Of a stretch of DNA of 64,000 nt, positions 61,180-64,000 are shown one piece after another. The stretch is from NCBI GenBank assembly GCA_964106915.2, contig OZ066924.1; one strand, written 5' to 3'. The notes below the pieces were generated by a model that did not search any database, was not told the origin of the DNA, and saw only the letters and a program-made list of their open reading frames with translations. Position 1 is the first letter of the stretch. Each line of letters starts with the position of its first letter. This stretch comes from Podarcis gaigeae (taxonomy: Eukaryota). The position numbers and the translations under genes were made by a program.

Positions 61180-61432
61180 CCTAGTGTGGTGTAGTGGTTA
61201 AGAGCGACGGACTCGTAATCTGGTGAACCGGGTTCGCGTCTCCGCTCCTCCACCTGCAGCTGCTGGGTGACCTTGGGCCAGTCACACTTCTCTGAAGTCT
61301 CCCAGCCCCACTCACCTCACAGAGTGTTTGTTGTGGGGGAGGAAGGGAAAGGAGAATGTGAGCCGCTTTGAGACTCCTGAAGGGGAGTGAAAGGCGGGAT
61401 ATCAAATCCAAACTCTTCTTCTTCTTCTTCTT
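61180..61432 (+). mobile_element. tRNA-derived CORE SINE (Squam2-like) with (CTT)n tail, nested in a Tc1/pogo-like MITE (~61050-61450)
   Basis: A box TGGTGTAGTGG, B box GGTTCGCGTCTCC, CORE-like GGGTGACCTTGGGCCAGTCAC; host TIRs ATTTTTCCGTCTACAAG / CTTATACACGGAAAAAT. Confidence 0.85.
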
Positions 61433-62439
61433 ATACACGGAAAAATATGGTACCTTGGTCCTCCAATTATTCTGTAGCAGAAGAGCTCTTGCTTTCAGGA
61501 CGGCGGCTTCCTCTGACCAAATGTCTGGGGATCTCCTCGCGCCTTCAGGCTTAGATGGGTATCCACATGACCTCCTTTCTTTCTCTTTCTCCCCCCCAAT
61601 AAGTCTTAATTACTGGCCCTTGCCCTCCTTGAGTGCTAATAAAACTCTCCTGCTGTCTGACGTGGGACACAGAGTTGCTCTGCGCTTGCTTTCAGCAAAG
61701 CCCCTTTCCCCTGGGGGCTTTCGGGATCTTAGACCGGCCTGGCCATGCCTGGCAAACGACCTGCCCTTGGGGATTCCAGGACATTGACGCTTCCCTGGCC
61801 GCTTCTGCTGAAGAGAAGGAGGGGGGCGCCCTGGCCGGGGTCATCGGCTGCAGAGGATGGTGGCAAATCCTGCTGCCCCTCATTGCCCAGAGAATGCGCA
61901 GCTCTGCTCCTGGGAGGGAAGGGGGACTGTTTCTTGCAAGCAGTGGCTTCAGCCACACACTTAGGACCTGCAGATCCTCAGGTGGCTTGAAAGAGTTAGC
62001 TGGTTAGATCTGTCCGTGCCTCGGATGTGCCTCCTGGGCTTGGCCTGCGCTTGGATGGGAGACAGGGGGAGCCCCCCATGCTGCTGTCCTGAGCTCATGC
62101 GGAAGATTGGGGGAGGTCCGTTTCACCTTGGGGAAGAGCCCAGGAGCCACTGGCCCTCAGCGAGGAGAGACCAGAAGCTCCCTGGACCTTGTAGTTGCAG
62201 CGTGTGGGTCACTTCTTGGCAAAAGGTGCCGCTCAACCTGGAGAGCACCCAGCTGTCTGCCAGAGAAGGGGGTGGACAGGAGGGACTTTGGAAAAAGAGA
62301 AGAGGAGAAATCTGGGCACAAGGTCTCATGCTTGAGACGACTGACCTGGGGCAAGATGGAGGCATCATGCGCCCCAATGGCCTTGTGGGAAGTGTCTCTC
62401 TCGTCACCTGGGCAGGCAGACAGTGCAACCTGTCTTCAA

Positions 62440-62560
62440 CTTTTTGATTTGTATCCCACTTTTGCTCCACGATGGAACTCGAGGCAGAATCATGGGGTTC
62501 CCCGCTGGTCTCCCATCCAGCGCCAGACCAGACCCAGAGCTGCCCAGCTGCAGCAAGGCG
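62440..62560 (-). mobile_element. old 5S rRNA-derived SINE fragment; possible second copy on + at ~62030-62115
   Basis: Minus strand ...TGGATGGGAGACC...GGGAA resembles the 5S internal control region. Confidence 0.4.
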
Positions 62561-63169
62561 GCTGCTGTGTGCCCTTTTGAACTGGACCTGGCGACCTCTG
62601 TGGAGCAGGCAACTGCTTCTCCCGGCTGGTTCAGGAAGCTGCATGTGCTGGATTTGGAAGCTCGTTTTAGAGAGGCTGGAGGAGCCTGGAAATCCAGGAG
62701 GCCAAACCCAGTGCGCCCCCCTCCCCTTCCTTCTGGTTTGCCCAAGGACTGGGCTGGCTTGGGTGAGACGGGGGGCAGAGGGTGCTCCAGAAGACACTCC
62801 AGCATTGGGGGCTGCTTTTGTTTCTAGGGATTTGCTTTGTGCTTCCAGCTCTAGGAGATGTGCAGCCTCTTAGCAGGAGGACCAGCCCTAAGAAGCTGTT
62901 CTCCTCTCATTGCCATGGCAACCAGAAACTCTTCCCATCTATTTTTGAAGTGCTGTGTGGAAAATCAGCTCCGGGCCCCAACCGGATGAACTGCCATGCC
63001 CTGCGATCGTTAGCAGGATCCCAGGTTGTGGGGATTTCGTGGGTTTTGGACATGCACCGTGTGGCAGGGCGTTCTGCCCTGCGGATGTGCGGAGGCTCCT
63101 GTTTTTGTGGCAGGTTGCTGGGAAAGGAGCCGATTGAATTACTCACCTGACAGCATTCTCATTCCTTCT

Positions 63170-63240
63170 CCCTCCTTCCCTCCCCTCCCTCCCTCCCTCC
63201 CTCCCTCCCTCTCTCCCTCCCTCCCTCCCTCCCTCTCTCT
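63170..63240 (+). repeat. (CCCT)n tract merging with the acceptor pyrimidine tract
   Basis: Seen directly. Confidence 0.9.
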
Positions 63241-63265
63241 TCATCTCTCTCCACCTTCCTCACAG

Positions 63266-63392
63266 AACACGAGAAGCACCGGCTGTGCAAAAGCGCCGAC
63301 TACATGAACTTGCACTTCAAAGTGAAGTGGCTCTACAACGAGTATGTCTGCAGCCTGCCAGCCTTTGCCGGGAAAATACCTGAGTACCCTGC
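63266..63392 (+). CDS. UNC13B: exon [28 protein letters not shown]...PEYP(A)
   Basis: cctcacag|AA...GC|gtaagt; MUN motif [12 protein letters not shown]. Confidence 0.96.
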
Positions 63393-64000
63393 GTAAGTAC
63401 CTGGCTCACCCTGGGACCTCCGGCTCCCTTGCAAGGCACACACCCCTTGCCCCCCCCTGCGCCACTGCCTCCCCCCTTCGGAAAGCGGAGGCGCCTTAAG
63501 TTCTCCGGAGGATTCGGCTGTGTGACCCACAGTGCCCTTTCCTGGCGGCCTCAGCCTCCTTCCTCTTAGGGGTACGTGGAGCAGGATGCCTGCCTCCCCA
63601 GGTTGAAATGCTCACTGGTGCAAGGGAGGCCTTTCTGAGGCGTGGGGCTACCTCCTGGAAGGGCCAGTCTCTGCCACTTACTCTTTCGGTTGTCCAACGA
63701 GACACACATTTCTGTTGGTGTTTGTTCACCGCCACCACCCCATTCAAGAAGAAACCTTAGAGGGCTCAGCCCACCATCACAAAAGAAGTTCCAAAGGCCA
63801 GTGGTCTGCTGCCAGAGGGCTCTGAGCTGGGAGGACAAGCCAGAGCTATCTGTCCTTGCTTAGCCCCTCTCCTGGAGGCTGAGGGGGCAGCTCTGGCACC
63901 AGATGTTGCCTCTGGCCCCACAGAGGAAGAGCTGATGTAGAGTAATGGAATCACAGAATTGGGAGGGACCCAAGGGCCATCTAGTCCAAGCCCTGCAATG

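Noticed and set aside
61180-61255. tRNA gene
   Set aside because: SINE head continuing into CORE body and (CTT)n tail; same for the tRNA-like heads near 1860-1926 and 44415-44485.
62490-62560. 5S rRNA gene
   Set aside because: Partial and heavily diverged; at most a SINE remnant.

Overview
Squamate genomic DNA, probably a lacertid lizard judging by the Squam2/Squam3-type SINEs and the L2, CR1 and Penelope-like repeats. The window covers the middle of UNC13B (Munc13-2) on the + strand. I can chain 19 coding exons with GT-AG boundaries and consistent phases, from the large bMunc13-2-specific exon (ATG 18257, donor after 20603) through a 23-nt and a 6-nt microexon, then C1, C2B and the first part of MUN (last exon seen 63266-63392). 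The gene runs off the right edge, and the ubMunc13-2 5' exons are not visible. Most interesting: (1) the b-specific exon encodes a coiled coil followed by a segment carrying the motif series of a LINE ORF1p RRM, a candidate domesticated retrotransposon domain in a synaptic priming protein; (2) the 23-nt microexon is required to keep frame in the b-isoform but would be a poison exon in the ub-isoform; (3) a neuronal control layer of RE1/REST sites, a putative internal promoter, and SRRM4/RBFOX motifs; (4) Penelope-derived minimal hammerhead motifs in introns; (5) a ubiquitin retrocopy abutting an L2 3' end; (6) two hAT MITEs stacked in one 8-bp target site. All family assignments are by eye and from memory; no searches were run.
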